The position numbers were made by a program, and so were the translations under genes. Below the pieces are notes generated by a model, which was not told where the DNA came from, searched no databases, and was given only the letters and a program-made list of their open reading frames with translations. A stretch of 64,000 nt of DNA, filler included, from Basidiobolus ranarum (Eukaryota), in the NCBI GenBank assembly GCA_040143965.1. It is 4 parts of 4 records of this genome, joined end to end, with 100 filler letters (N's around TTAATTAATTAA, not from the genome) between each part and the next. Parts side by side here need not be neighbours in the genome. Positions count along the whole stretch, not along the records: positions 33,672 to 50,336 come from JASJQH010000334.1; positions 50,437 to 64,000 come from JASJQH010000476.1; 2 more parts are not named here. One strand, given 5' to 3'. This document shows, one piece after another, positions 37,806 to 52,991 of this stretch. Position 1 is the stretch's first letter. Each line of letters begins with the position of its first letter.

Positions 37806-40800
37806 TCACTCATCCAGAACTTGTACAATCAAGGGTTCGTTAGAGTAATGAATATCTCGGGTGTGAACATCCTGACCATGATACAAAATCTTATATTCCC
37901 CAGGTGAGAAGAAAGCAACAGGAAGACACCATTGGATACTTTCGTTAGGCGGAATCTTTCGAAGATAGGTTTGAGTCGGGCCATTGAAGGACATGAATGA
38001 GCTCAATTCGTAATCCAAGCGTCCGTTGTAATGATCGTGAACTGGCTGAACACGTAAGCAGAGTTTGGCAGGTGTTTCCTGATGGTTATGAATATCGAAC
38101 TGAATACTCAGAAATTCGTTAGGCTTGCAAGAATATCGATTCGCGTCCAACTTCTTGACATGCGACTGTGGCTTTTCCTCAGCCTGATCAGATTGTATGT
38201 CGACTAAAGAAGCTCTGAAGGAGATATCCTCCCTTTTGAGAGACTCTAGCATACCTTCAGTCAATCTAAACTCCCTAAAATGAAGCATACCTCGATGCTC
38301 AAAAGACTCAGAAACCCAAGTGGCATGAACACGCTTTAGAAGCTCTTGTCTATACCAAAACATTGCTCTTTTCAGCTTCTCTTCTTCTTCAGTCAATTTG
38401 GGTCCTTTAGGAACAGTAAATTGCTTATTAGTTAAGTTAGGTATTGGTCGATCGAACATATTCTCGGATAGATAAATTCTCTTCAGGGGAAGTATTAGTC
38501 GATGGGTACACCCAGAATGAATGATGGTGTTGAAACGTCGAACATTCGGATCTTGCTCCCAGCCTTCCGTCAAAATATCAGCATCATTCATGGCAACACT
38601 CACTTCAAGAGGAAGCATCCAGACATTTCGTATATCGAGAACCATCAAGCAGTAATCATTCCTCAACTGTCGATCAACTCTCGACGAGGCAAAATTCTCG
38701 ATTGCAGCGATATCTTTCCGTTTGACAACGTCTTTCAACACCGAAGCGTTTGCCATCGTGGAGGATTCCAAGGACTCTAAACGTTGAAACGAAAGTAACT
38801 CAACATCCAATACATTGAGTCCTTGATTCACCGTTATCAAAACAGGAAGGTTAAGTTGCCTGGTATAGAAAAGATCTGATTCATCTTCTTCACGTTCTAA
38901 ATATCCATAACTGATGATAATATTTCCATTGGTGCACCCCCGTTTACCATATGTTGTCACGGTAACTTTACGCTCTTGACTAGGTAACAGGTTTACTTTG
39001 ATAGTTCCGCTGGCAAGGTTACTATCCGACTCCTCCAGAGACAAGACTGGATCATTTTGCACAGCAATCTCGACTTCGTATAAGCTTTCGGCGGAAGTCT
39101 CTTTTAGATAATTATGGCCACGCTGAGGTGAAGTTAAGGTGTTGTCTGTGAAAGAAAAGGCTATGAAATCAATTGGTGTGGTGCCCATGTTTTTCAAGAC
39201 CAAATCAACGTGAGATCTCTCTCCCTCAAACAACATGATAGAATTGTTCAAGATTGTCGTCGAAGTGACTTCAAGTAGAGGCTGCTCTTGGATTACAGGT
39301 ATCATATGAAACTTGGACTCTGTAAATTTAGCAGAGGTTCGTTTAAACGAGAGTCGTTTTTCTGCTCTATCACTAGTAGAATCCAATCCGCTCTGCTTAA
39401 CTCTTTTGAGATGGTCAAGCTCAATTTTCCATTTGTCTTCATTTTTCCTCTCTCTACTTTTGTGCAGAAGGAACTCTTCTTCCGCACATCCAAAAAGACG
39501 AATGAGACATCCTCGAAGGATCAGGTCCCCAGAAGCTTGGGGTATGCCACTCAGTTTTAATGAGATTGAAGATCCTGAAGGAATTATACTTGCAGAAGCT
39601 ATGGAATTGAATGATATGCCTTCAGTGCTAAGGCGAATACTAGATATCTCCAGGTCAAATGCGAAAGGATTGACAAGAGTAATATCAAAGAATGATAACT
39701 CGTTAACTACCAAGGGCACTACTATGTTCTCGCCGCTCTTCTTCGCATACGGGTTATATATAAATGGATCGGAGTTGCTGTTTTCCGCATCGGCAATCTT
39801 CTGTTTACGCTGGGGATAAGACACGCGAGCTGGGACTGGACGACAACTCTCCAATGCTTTCAGAATTGGTAAATGTGATATACTTTTTGTCAAAGAACCA
39901 AGATCATTAGGACTGGTTTTATTGTTCACAATACGCTGCAGAGTAAACGACAATCTCAATTGCTCTTCTCTAGAGAGAGTTCGATGATACTTGCGTAACA
40001 GTCGAATAGTATAATTGATTGTTTGCTCAGGATCAGTGATTCCATCCGAAATGCTAATACAATCTTCAATTGCATCTACTTGAAGTTCGGGCCATCCGTA
40101 ACCATCCACCTCCTCTACTTCCTCATCATCAGGGGTAGAGTTCACATTCACTCCGTATACATCACAAAATCTTCTCATTCCCTCCAATAGACCAGCCTTT
40201 ACTCTTCTTGAACTGCTGTTGGATGAATCGGAATTGGCGATAAACGGAGCGGCTACTAAGGCGCATTGGCGCAAAAAGTAGGCGGATTTACGACGATAGT
40301 TGATAGTTGCGCACATTGCAGCCATTAGCGAGGCAATCCGTATTTGATACGAAGAAGATACATTTTCGCGAGCAATGTTCCAGCTCTGTATTAGAAGGTT
40401 CATCAGCTCAGCTTTTAAAACATGGCTCTTGGCTGTTGTACCGGAGGGAGGTTTAGTTTCAATTCTATCTTCAAGAATTGCGTTTAATGCTGCTTCTCCA
40501 GTTCCAAATTTCAAGATGATGGTAAGCAGCTTCGCCCCTTTTAATCTAGATTCTACTTGCAGACAAGGAATATCAATCTTATCGTACAAGGCGATTATGT
40601 TTCGGAATCGCTCAACAAACTCGCCGAATAGAGATTTCCTCATCACTGGACCTGTATTACTAGTAGCAGGGTTTGACGAGGGGAATATCGGGATAGGAAT
40701 AGATGTTGCAGACTCCTCGGTGGATTGAGTATTTGCTAGCAAAATTAAGGCACAATAATAGCCTTCGAGAGCCGATGCATGCCACATAAAATCGGTGTTG

Positions 40801-42044
40801 TTGCGGGTTGTTTCAATTGCGCTTGTATATGTGGCAAGTGCGTCTGGTAACTTACCCGCCATCAAGTAGAGGTCAGATACTAGCTTATAAACTCTACCTT
40901 GCGTCCGTTTTCTGGCACGTGCATCAGGTGTTGAACTAGCATAAGGAGTAGCTAAACTAACAGAGGAATTCGGGGAATCCGGATTGGGTGATGGAGAACG
41001 AAAAAAATTACCACTTGGAGGAAATGCACTGTTGGGAGTAGCAGCAGGTGTATTGAGATGCTTATCACAAGACTTTGGCGACTGTATTTCTTGAGAAGAC
41101 TCTATAGTAGCAGCCTAAGAGTAATTTTTACAACATTAAACCACAATTCAGTTCAATCAGCAACTTGCTAACAATTTACCATGTTTCCAAATGCGTTCAA
41201 CATACTACTTGCAAAATCACATATCATTGTATTCATGTAAAAAGTTACGTTTCCAACGTTGGGGATCATAATAATCCCTTTAGTGTCATCGGCTTGACTA
41301 TCAGATGGCTCGAAGGCATAACAACGGCTCATAAGACAAGTAGGGTACTATATAAACAGTATAAGCAATTAATATTGTATTAAGAAGCTTCTTCTATCCT
41401 CGGATATGTACATTTTAACCGATGAAGAGGAAAATAAAACAAAAACATCCTCACCTGACTTAGTATCGATGTAAATTTCTGATGCTCTTCTGTGAGATCA
41501 GTAGAGCTTTGACACTGAATTATTCCGATAACCTAGAAAATAGATAGAATTCACACTGTCAGAGAACCATCTGCTTAATCATCACTAAAACTATAAACTC
41601 TTACCCCAAGAACCTGCCTATAAAGCTGAAATTGTTCGAGGTAGGCAAGATCTTTATCATAACTAGTTACGAAATTAAAGTGGATACTTCCTTCTTTAAA
41701 TAGATTGGTCGTAAATCTAGCTAAAATATTGAGGTTGAACGTTTAGTACTTTCACAAGTTCTTTCCTTTTCATCACAAATGCACTCTAATTCGGAATTGA
41801 ATGCTATATATTTACCTTGTTCATTGCCTCTATTATTATCGGTTGCGTGAGTCTCAAGTGGAAGGGAAGTGGGGCTTCCGTTGGTAGTACCAAAGTAAGG
41901 GGTAATGTCTGAAAGACTAATAACATTGAATTTGGAGATGAGTGAAGCATATTTCTGGAAAACAGCGGCCTTAATGTCTCCAACTGGTACTATTAATACT
42001 GTAGTTTTACAAGGATCTGTTAATGAATGGAAAGTCGGCTTCAT
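37806..42044 (-). CDS. TRS120: TRAPP II complex subunit Trs120/TRAPPC9 (multi-exon, with one large last exon)
   Basis: N-terminal VLIVPVGDIK...FQKY, FQLYRQVL, QGRVYKLVSDLYLMAGKLPDAL...DFMWHASALEG, RRKSAYF, YGWPELQ, DPFIYNP, LVNPFAFDL. Confidence 0.92.
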
Positions 42045-42963
42045 CTCGCTACCGTTTTGAACGAACACGGAAGCGGGGAGACTGGGTATGTGTGTCTTGC
42101 AACATCAGAAAAGGAATCTTGTCATTAAATTATCGATAATATTCAATATTATCGTTTCCGCATAATCTAGCGCATTACTAAACAGTCCGATATTTGTGAA
42201 AAATACCAACACCATATATAAACTACAATTAAGTACTTTTATGACACAGTGAAGTATTCTAAACCAGTTAATCCATAAACAATATAAGATTTAAACCGAA
42301 AAGAATTACATGTAATATACGCGGAAAAACTCTGGGAACAACAAATTAAGATATTCATTTACTTACCTCGATTTTTAATTGTTTAATTTGAGTAATTTTA
42401 CCCATGGCAATATTACTGTGCATACATTTGCTTGCCTATGAAACTAACAATTGATGAAAGATCGCTGACAGATTAGAGTTTATTTTCAAGCCAGAGCACC
42501 AAGAGTGTTCGGTATTTATACCAGCCAAACATGTAACTGATAATTTATCAAACTACAACTCACCTGATTTTCTCCTAAGCTCTTGCGAAGTCCTTCGGTT
42601 TGATCGTCCATCCGGAGTACCACTTCGTCCACATTACAAGCGATCAGTTTTTGGATTCTCATACTTCTGGCTCTTACAGGTATCCTCCAACCTCAAATAT
42701 GCGCAGAATGTAAGGCTTCAATGCTACAAGTGACTCCTTCACATTTTGACAGACTCCCAATATAGCGTACCAAAATCGTCTACTTCATTGTGTATTTTAT
42801 GCAATATTTCCCTGCGATTACCAAAGATTGAACTACCAGGCTTATATTTTCTGACCAATCAATGTGGGTTGATGTATCTGAAAATTTTGAAGGTTTTATT
42901 AAAGAAAATACTGGTGGCCTATAATTCGTTATTCTCATACTTCTCAAGCACTGAAAGTAAAAT

Positions 42964-43224
42964 ATGGGTGGTCGTGCTGCATGGAAAGGTCCATTTTTCG
43001 TCAACTTTCCAAACCTTCGTGAGGCTTTAGCTACTAATGTTCCTATCAAGACTCATGCTCGTGCCTGTACTATCCTCCCATCCTTCGTCGGAGTAAAATT
43101 CTTGGTTCATAATGGAAAAGATTTCCTCCCTGTCAAGGTAACTGAAGAAATGGTCGGCCATAAACTTGGCGAATTCTCCCACACTAGAAAGCGCTTTTCT
43201 TATCGTCAAACTAAGAATAAGTAA
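42964..43224 (+). CDS. RSM19: Mitochondrial ribosomal protein S19 (uS19m)
   Basis: AWKGPF...[23 protein letters not shown]...[18 protein letters not shown]. Confidence 0.93.
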   Translation: MGGRAAWKGPFFVNFPNLREALATNVPIKTHARACTILPSFVGVKFLVHNGKDFLPVKVTEEMVGHKLGEFSHTRKRFSYRQTKNK

Positions 43225-43936
43225 AGAGTATTTATGCTCAAGCTTCTTGATACTTTCAGCATTCTACACTATATATGCCAAGGCTCACGTATAAACTAAA
43301 GTTAGTTATTCTTATCTGCTTCTATTATGAGGATCTTGCTTTTCACTCGCTTGTGTACTTTGTTTCTGGGTGTTAAGTATTCTCTGTGCAAAGATGGTTA
43401 TTACTAAATATATGAGGCTACATCAGCCCTAGTTCTATTTTACTCTATTTAAATCTTTTATACCGCCTGGCGTATTTACACAATGCATTTACTGTTAGGG
43501 GGTGATTGGCACTTGATTGATGCCGAGTATAATTTGATTTAGAAATAAATTCAAATTACAAGCAGGTCCATGATATCTCAAGTCTGGTACTTTACCTGAA
43601 CAATACAAGTCTGGATAGACCTAGAATTCTTGATAATACTGTACCTCAAGCATTTTTATTTATACTTCGTCTTTAGATAAAGGTTGGATAAGAGTTCGTG
43701 GGTAGAAATGCATTCAACTTGATCCGTCTGTGTTGGACAAATTATTGGATCAATAACTATCGGAAACATAATGCAAGTCCTGTTACACTCTGAATCTTGT
43801 ATGTACGTTAGGAAGTATATAAAATCCTCTTAAAAAGGAGCGGGTTCTCCTTTATTACTACCTTCCGGTTTGAAGCAACCTTATAGCTAATTAACGAATC
43901 ACTTCTAAACTTTAACATAACTATCCTAATTGACCC

Positions 43937-44590
43937 ATGCCTCCAGAAAACAGTGGAACGATCGAAGCACATAGTCGTTCATTCATATTAGGAATTGCTG
44001 AACTTCCTAATCTTTTCCAGCAAAAGATATTTTTACTTTCACGTTTTTCTTTAAGACCTAGTAGTCTTTTAAGATTTTTCTACAATCGACCTTTGCTGAT
44101 GGATAAGCCATATTGGCGAGAAGAGGAGTTACGTAACTGGCATATATCTGAACCCACATTTCGAGTAAAGAGCGATACCGCACTAGAGCCATACTCTCTA
44201 ATACATCAACGACTTTTTGACGACATCATGAACGACCACGTAACTGTTGTGGTGCAAGATGAAGACGTTCAGTTACCCTCTTTGCATTCCTTCTATTATT
44301 TATCTGTAGAACCGCCTATGGAAAACCAAAACCCCGCACCGATCGAACTAAGCAAGTCTAAGAGTTTGCAGAAGACTCCAATTTTTACACTTAATAATTC
44401 TAGATCGTCAGCCACAATAGCCTCACCCATTGCATCTACTCTCTTTGGCCCTGCCTCCAATCCGGCACTTTGGAGTTTTGATAACTCGAAAATGTTACTA
44501 TTTCCAGAGCCTGACAAAGTTGAAGAGGAAACAGTCTCTTTGGAAAAGGAAATTCCAAGTCAGGATTTGGATGCACAGGTTGCAAACTAG
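43937..44590 (+). CDS. Hypothetical protein (the true start may be the ATG at about 44099)
   Basis: 217-codon open frame with protein-like composition. No domain recognised. Confidence 0.45.
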   Translation: MPPENSGTIEAHSRSFILGIAELPNLFQQKIFLLSRFSLRPSSLLRFFYNRPLLMDKPYWREEELRNWHISEPTFRVKSDTALEPYSLIHQRLFDDIMNDHVTVVVQDEDVQLPSLHSFYYLSVEPPMENQNPAPIELSKSKSLQKTPIFTLNNSRSSATIASPIASTLFGPASNPALWSFDNSKMLLFPEPDKVEEETVSLEKEIPSQDLDAQVAN

Positions 44591-45486
44591 GCTATAGCTG
44601 TGAGTTGAGTTGTTATACCATGTTCAGAAGTGACTCTTTTACATAGCTACAGACCTAATTCATACAGAAGATTTCTAGATGAAAAACATTACTCCTTACA
44701 AGAGCGAAATCAACAAGTATTTAGCCTCCAACACCTACTCATGTATGAGTATATTGTGAAATCTAAAGACTCTTCCGCATTCATCGTTCTATATTTAATT
44801 TATCGCTTGTTATTTTATTAACCAGTCCTTTCTCTTCGTCTCACTCAGATTTAATGTATAAATTCGCCATCTAGCTTGTTCCTTTAGCACACATATTATA
44901 TTAAATATTTATAAACTTGTAATCTTATTTTACTGACGGGAATACGAAATTTTGCGAGTCGGGAGAAGCCAGTCTCAATATTTGTATACTGGCTTGTTGC
45001 GGGACATGTCCTTAATGTGGTTTATAATGGCAGTTGTGATGTTGAAATTCCGTCACAAATTAAATGATGATATATTGAGATATGTTTTCCGGCGTTGACT
45101 CTATTTGTAAGCCCTAAAATGGTGGAATCTGTTCATATTATATTTTGTACGATCCAATATGGCTATTTTATATTAGACTAATGATATAGTTGGTTGTACG
45201 CAAGTCTGCGCTTTCGTTTATAGCCATGGCACTACTCAATCAACGACAGAGTAACCAAATTCTCCATTGATGAACATTGTGGGGTGAACAAGAAGTATTA
45301 GAATGAAAAATTATAATCGCATGTCTCTGATTCGCTTAAGGATTTATTGTTATCGTTGATGAGATCAGGTGTAGTGACCCTGGTCAGAACGTCAACGCCT
45401 CGAAATAAAGTTCAACAGATATATATGGTGGATGAGCTTAAAAGGTTGAGCAATTACTGGTCTCTTCGATTATATTTGATTGTAAT

Positions 45487-46635
<1,149 letters not shown>

Positions 46636-46828
46636 TTTTAACGTATCACCCGCATTTTAAGCAATAAATGATATATATAATGTTAAAATAGTACGGTTGA
46701 ATGTTTATGTAACATGTAGTCAATTAACAACAGACGACTCTTGATGATCGTCATACTTTATTAATTCGTACCCGCAATGCTTACATTTGATACTTCTCAA
46801 CAATATACAAACATGAATGACGGGATAT

Positions 46829-47600
46829 TTATTCAAGAAGAGAATCCTTCTTGGCTTGGATACGCTCGGCACGACGTTCACGAGCAGCCTTGGACTTGAG
46901 ACGATGGGCCTCGGCTTGTTCAGCAATAAGCTTGGCTCTGAGTTTCTCAGCCTTGGCTTTGTGAATGAATTCCATCAAGACACGCTTGTTCTTGAAGACG
47001 TTACCTTTGGATTTCATGTAAAGGGAGTGGTACAAGTGCTTATCGATCTTGCCAGCTTCACGATACTTTCTCAACATACGACGTAAAACACGTTGACGAC
47101 GCATCCAGAGAACTTGAGTAGGCATACGAGCTTCGGCAGTACCTCTACGCTTACCAGTACCAGTATGACGTCCCTTACGCTTAGCAGCAAGCTTTTCACG
47201 AACTCTGAAGCGAGAATGGACAACATTAGGCTTCTTGATGATGAGACCATCCTTAATAAGTTTGCGAATATTTTGGCCTGTATATAATTACACCTTTAGA
47301 CCGAGAAACGATGGTAAACTACGAATGCATTACTTACGAGAGTTAGCGTTGCCGATTTCACTGACTTCATTAGGGTCAATCCAGACCTTTCTTTTACCGC
47401 ACTTGAGAACACTAGCGGCTAAACGCTTCTGACTGCTCAAAGAAACCCTATTTTATGAAAGAATTAGATCAATTTGTTGGTAAAGTAAGATGAAGAGCGT
47501 GGTGTAGAGTATCCATTTGGTATCTAAGTATCAACAGTTTGGATGGTTGTATGTGTTGATAAGGTTGGATTAAAATGATGGCTAATTATGGCACTTACAT
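46829..47600 (-). CDS. RPL19: 60S ribosomal protein L19 (eL19), 3 exons
   Basis: [30 protein letters not shown]...[13 protein letters not shown]...[19 protein letters not shown]...KGNVFKNKR. Confidence 0.97.
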
Positions 47601-50336
47601 TTTTACTAGAGCAACCTGTCAGGGAATTAAGGAAGAGGAGGAAAATCCCCACCGCAATATGTTGATAGATTTAATTACATTTGTTTTACCCTGACATCGC
47701 TGATTGGATACGGTTCAGGGGGTGAACCCCGCTCCGATTAATTGATGGCGTTGACAAAAACCATCGGTTTATAAACTAGTACCCTAGATTTTTAAGTAAC
47801 TTGGTGTATTAATCAGAACTGGCTTAAAATCAAATAAGATTTTGTTTAAATCGTGTTTGTGGTTACGCATTTTGCTTTTTCCTACTCTAAGGGATTTAGA
47901 CCCACAAGCAGCCAACACAGTTCTGTTCTGATGCATATCGATTTTAAACAATCCATGTGATGTGATGATTAGTTCAAATCCGAGTGAAGATTCATTGTAT
48001 ATGTACACTCATAAGGGCTCATTGCTTTCGCTCTATTTTGGGGTATGATTTAGGGCGTCATCAAGGCACTTCATCCTAAGACTTCAGGGGCTCAACTGTC
48101 CCGGAGCGTACTATTTTCAGGTCTCCAATTTGTGTTAGACACTATGGGAAAAATTGAGAATCAACTGGCGTTGTATATATCCAACCTAAAAACACAGTAC
48201 TTTGTAGAGCTAGATCCCCGTGTCAAAATTTCCAGTTAGTCGCATTGATATGACTGACCCAAGTAGCCCGGGAGATAATCAGATAGTATCATTAATGTAA
48301 AGTATATCATGTATATGCTTACTCAATGAAAATACAATATAGAGTCGCTATTCGGATCTTTGGTTCTACATGTCAAAGCCTCGTAAGCAATCATAGGAAA
48401 ATACGAGTCTCGGCTGTTGGATACGAGCGTTAGAACCAAGTCGGATCCTTGTATTAACTCAGCCAACCGATAACAAATGGTGCTCATCCACCCAATCTAT
48501 TAACACAAATATTGCGCCATACCTCGAGTTCCAAGATGGGTCATCGTGTTCTCAGGATGAAACTAGTAGTATAGGTACTATCCATCAAATATCCTAACTT
48601 TTGAACCAGAACTTGATTTATAGTGTAACAACTTTATAGTGTATCTATACCAGCATGAAAATTTGAAGGTGGGGTATTTGCAAATGTAATAATAAAGTAA
48701 CCAGCAGCATAGAATACACGATCCAATTTGCTACTATAAAGCGTAGTTCTAAGATTGCTTTTCATCTTATTTCTAAGCCAGCATCCATTTGCAGAGAGAA
48801 CTAGTTCGTTTCCAATTGTGGTCGTTTATTAGCACTGCACCCATGTATCTCCATAGCAACGATCATACTGGTACTTTCATGAGTAATCTCAAGCATGTGA
48901 TTGTATAATCCAATTTACTTTTATTATTCACTTGGATTGGCCCTGAAACGCGTTGAGACCACCAGAGGCTTGAGATCCCTGGGGCGTAGCTACCGAAGCA
49001 ATAATCAGCAATAGAAGTAACTCATCTTCCCACATGCAACCTGGTCTTATATCACCTATATAATATAACGCCATGTATTTTATTTGTCAGTTGAGTCCAT
49101 GTTACCAAGGATGAGGTAGTGTGCGAAAACAGGTATTAGACTCATATTGAAGCTATATCCTTTTGGTCAGGGACCAAATATTGGGATGTAAATTTGTACA
49201 TGAAGTGGGTAGACCATTAGTTGTATACAATCCGCTAATACCTTTCACCCGTATAAAATAAATTGTTAATATACATTCCGAACACGGTTAAACGAGATCA
49301 TCAGGGCATATGTACCAAAGATTGGCAAGCAAGCCAAATGAATTCAACGTCAAAGGAAAAGCACTTAGCCCAACGACAGGCTCCATCATTATATGGTGTA
49401 ACATAGGTTTTGCAAGTCAAACCATTTTGTTAGCAAAGCGACTGATACTTAGCCTACGGGGTAAAATCAAGATGTGTGAGCTACTTGCGTAATTCCAAAG
49501 CCCAAAATTCACTCCAGTGTTGTAAGAATTGGATGGTTCCCCCTTCTGAACAATGAGAAACCAGATAGTGACCTGCTCCTCATTGGGGAAAATTCCCCGC
49601 CTCAAGTAGATTGGACAGCGACTTCAAATAACGGAAAATGAAACAATGCAACGTAAATGTGCTAAAAATAAGGTGTCATCTATAAGTAGATCTTGTCCTG
49701 TTAAGTGATCAAAGAATCGCATAATCAAGTGAAGCCATCCATTTCCCTGAATATCTGCACCAATTCCAATTCCTCTCACAATAAATGCAAGCGCTGAAAC
49801 TGATGAGTATACCATTCAGGATGCTTGTGAAGCCTCCTTGCAAACATCACGATCTCCATTACTAATGAAGTAACAAACTAAAGTTGTCCATTTAAGGAGT
49901 TATTTATATTCTAGCCAATCAAGGACCACTTGCATTTGACAAAGGGTTAACGGGAATACATAATTCAAGTTTGGTTAGACCACTGACTGTATTCGGAGTT
50001 ACCTAAGCCTACACCTGTGGCTTTGAAAAAGGAGTTAGTGCGGAATAAATAGATAGTCAAGGTAAATATAATCAGTAACATCCTGCTCGGTTATCGTTGA
50101 TGAGTATCGAATGTGTTTCGCCGTGACTTTTTAGGCTGAGCATAATATCTGAATGGGTTTCGGTAGTCTCAGTTGATCTGATTCACGGACTGCTGTTGAT
50201 AAACATCCAGAAAAAGTATTGAATTGTCCACCCATGAGTATATCCATATTTGGCAATCTTTTGCTCTTATTATAGCCCATTAGCTCCTCGTCTGTGAGTT
50301 ATATCGATCCGCCAATAAATTCGTGTATGCTATTTA

Positions 50337-50436
50337 NNNNNNNNNNNNNNNNNNNNNNNNNNNNNNNNNNNNNNNNNNNNTTAATTAATTAANNNNNNNN
50401 NNNNNNNNNNNNNNNNNNNNNNNNNNNNNNNNNNNN
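50337..50436. other. Artificial assembly gap linker
   Basis: N44-TTAATTAATTAA-N44. Confidence 0.97.
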
Positions 50437-52299
50437 ATAGCTGGATGCGTAACAACATTAGGAAATTCAATTCAGCCTCGAAATGTGTAGATTGCATTCC
50501 GAAACTGCACTATTATCCATCTCAGCTTGCTACGTCACAGAACCCACACTGACTATTTGTTTCGAGGTCATCCTCGCATAACCACCCTACTATGTGTATA
50601 ATAGGTAAGGAAGGCAACGGCATGATGGTCTGGGTTGGGATTGAGTAATAGTTTGGATCCCAATATTACCATTCATGGCAAAGCTTCCCTACGATGATCC
50701 GATCCTACACTTAGTGTACATTTATTGCCCATTTACTGCCCATTTTCCAAGTGTCCCTAGGCTAATCGCAACTTTGGATTCAGCTGCAGTGGTTCATTGG
50801 AAGGCATACTGATCTGGGATGGAGTTTGCGCTTCAAGTCTAATCTACATCAGTTATAGGCAGCTGACTCCGCTAGACAAGACACATTCCAAACCAGTCAG
50901 ACTTGGATGACTCATGATCCGATGCTGATTATCGTACACTTCTGATGATTCGATTGTGTCATTGTGTATCTGTGTTCAGGACCAAATCCTGTTTCAAGCA
51001 AAAAAGGTCAAGAGAGCCCGCTCCTTTTATAACCAACTCCACCACCATTCTGACCAACGATGCCCATGTTGACTGGCTAGGAGTATTTCTCTCACTTATC
51101 AGCTTCAAATGGCTATTCCATATCCCCACCAAAACCTGCTGCAAATGCGGTCTACATCGAGACTGACAGATAATTTTCTGATCTGGTGTACTGATGCTCT
51201 TTCCAAAATTGGGAATTGCTGCGTCGGATGAAATTTAATGTAGCATCTGTGTTAGTGAAATAAAGGGCACGCTAACTGTGAGAACAGCATCGACATTATT
51301 AATCAAGAGCATTGAACTCCGAGTCGGTCGTTTGGAATAGCAGGGGCTCATACAATGGTTTCACGACATCTGAAGAAGCTGCTCATAGCTAGGGCTGTTC
51401 CATCATACACTGGAGAGATCCCATTGTTAGTTTTGTGTGAAGTCTAGATTTGACCTTATTATCTGCTGCAGACTATTATTGATATTTTCAGACTCTGTAA
51501 GCAAATTTAGACCTGATTTAAGTTCCTTTTGAATAACACCTTACGAACCGGCGCTAATAGCATAGAGAATCCCAGCTTGACACTAGAGTTTGCTAAACAG
51601 GAGTCTGAGACTACAATATGGGATTGGCAAGAACTATTAATAGCAGTAACGCCCAATATCATAGATGTTGCACTACATACGCCAAATTTGTTCGGCCTCG
51701 ATCCGACGCCAGATGTGGCGAATAGTCGATTCCAACAAGTATTTTGACGTTTCGAGGGTTGAGTGTATACTCTCCCAAGATTACACCTTTAGTGATGAGA
51801 GATATCGCTGGGATGTGTCCAAAAACTTTGCCTATGGAATGGATGATGAATGACTCGCCATATTGCTTCTTCAAAACTCTAATCCGCTTAAGGCTTTAAA
51901 GACTGTTTTTGATGTTGGCCAATCCTTGCTGAGGTTTCGATACCTTCATTCATGATTGGTAGCTCTTTAGATCATTCACTACAACTATGATTTTAAAAAT
52001 AGATTGTTTTGGATGAAAGAAATTTACTTGCCTTCTAGTTTTAGAAATCTCTAAGAGAATAAGCAAAAATCAATTCGTCTCTATAAACGTACTTTGATAC
52101 TGCCATTTGAGCTTTGGCGGATTTTCAAATACATTTAAGCAAATCATGTTCTTGTAATTATTTCCTTACAGTTACTTATATAATGCTGACAACTTGTACG
52201 TTAATTGGTTATTGACTGATTGTACCTCAACTACTACGTAACGACACACATTCTCTAGTTATTTAAACTTATACTGACTTCTGTTAATCGAAATTGTAA

Positions 52300-52991
52300 T
52301 GCCATATCATTTCTCTTTTCTTACTCATTTATGGTTATGTAGTAGTGTAGCACTAGCCATAGTTATGCATTGGCCAAAGGTATTAATGGACAAGTCCATG
52401 GGGGGGGCACTATGCTATTAGGAGGTTGCCAGCTAATTGGTTTTGATCAAGATAGCAGTAGTGTTGGCACTAATCCCATCTCAAGCAGTGATGTTGGAGC
52501 AGCATCTACCTATAGTTCTATCCCTACTTCCACGTTGAAAAGTGAATCTTCAATGACGTCCTCTTCAATAAATCATCAGACCAGCCTCAACTCATTATAA
52601 AGCATTATCCACAAATCCAGTATTAATTACACCAACAAGTAGCAGTAGTGAGTCGCATGAAAATTCAGGCTCCGCATTCACTACATTTACATCACTCACA
52701 AGTAGCAACGGGGTCGTAACAACAGCCATTATGACGGTTGAGACTCCAACTACTGGCATTTCCTCTTTATCTTCCCAGAAAGCTGGTATGGCGATTGGGA
52801 TTTCAGTTGGGGTGGTGGCAGCTCTCGGAACCGCTGGGATTTGGGTGTTTCATAAATGGAAGCTATCAGTAAGTTTTTGTTGCGGCACAGTCAAGATCAT
52901 TAATAATTCATATTTAATGATAATTCTCTTTGTACTAAAGCTATCAAAACGCTTCAAAGCCAAGTTACGCAATAGCGAGTACTTTCGGTAA
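52300..52991 (+). pseudogene. Mid2/Wsc-like single-pass Ser/Thr-rich membrane protein with apparent frameshift(s): pseudogene or sequence error
   Basis: The S/T-rich ectodomain is split over two frames (shift at about 52570-52600). TM AIGISVGVVAALGTAGIWVF is followed by HKWKLS|LSKRFKAKL. The 5' end is unclear. Confidence 0.55.

Noticed and set aside
38502-40728. Plus-strand ORFs within TRS120
   Set aside because: Antisense shadows of a long conserved exon.
42560-42780. Minus-strand frame with an in-frame TGA (possible selenocysteine), and GAAGTCCTT/AAGGCTTC complementarity resembling RNase P/MRP P4
   Set aside because: No selenoprotein-like motif or SECIS recognised. The P4-like halves are only about 120 nt apart with no other conserved regions. 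Likely UTR/promoter sequence between TRS120 and RSM19; an Infernal/Rfam scan would settle it.
47700-52200. Scattered 60-75 aa ORFs in a gene-poor stretch
   Set aside because: No motifs, codon signal or splice structure; treated as intergenic or unrecognisably decayed DNA.
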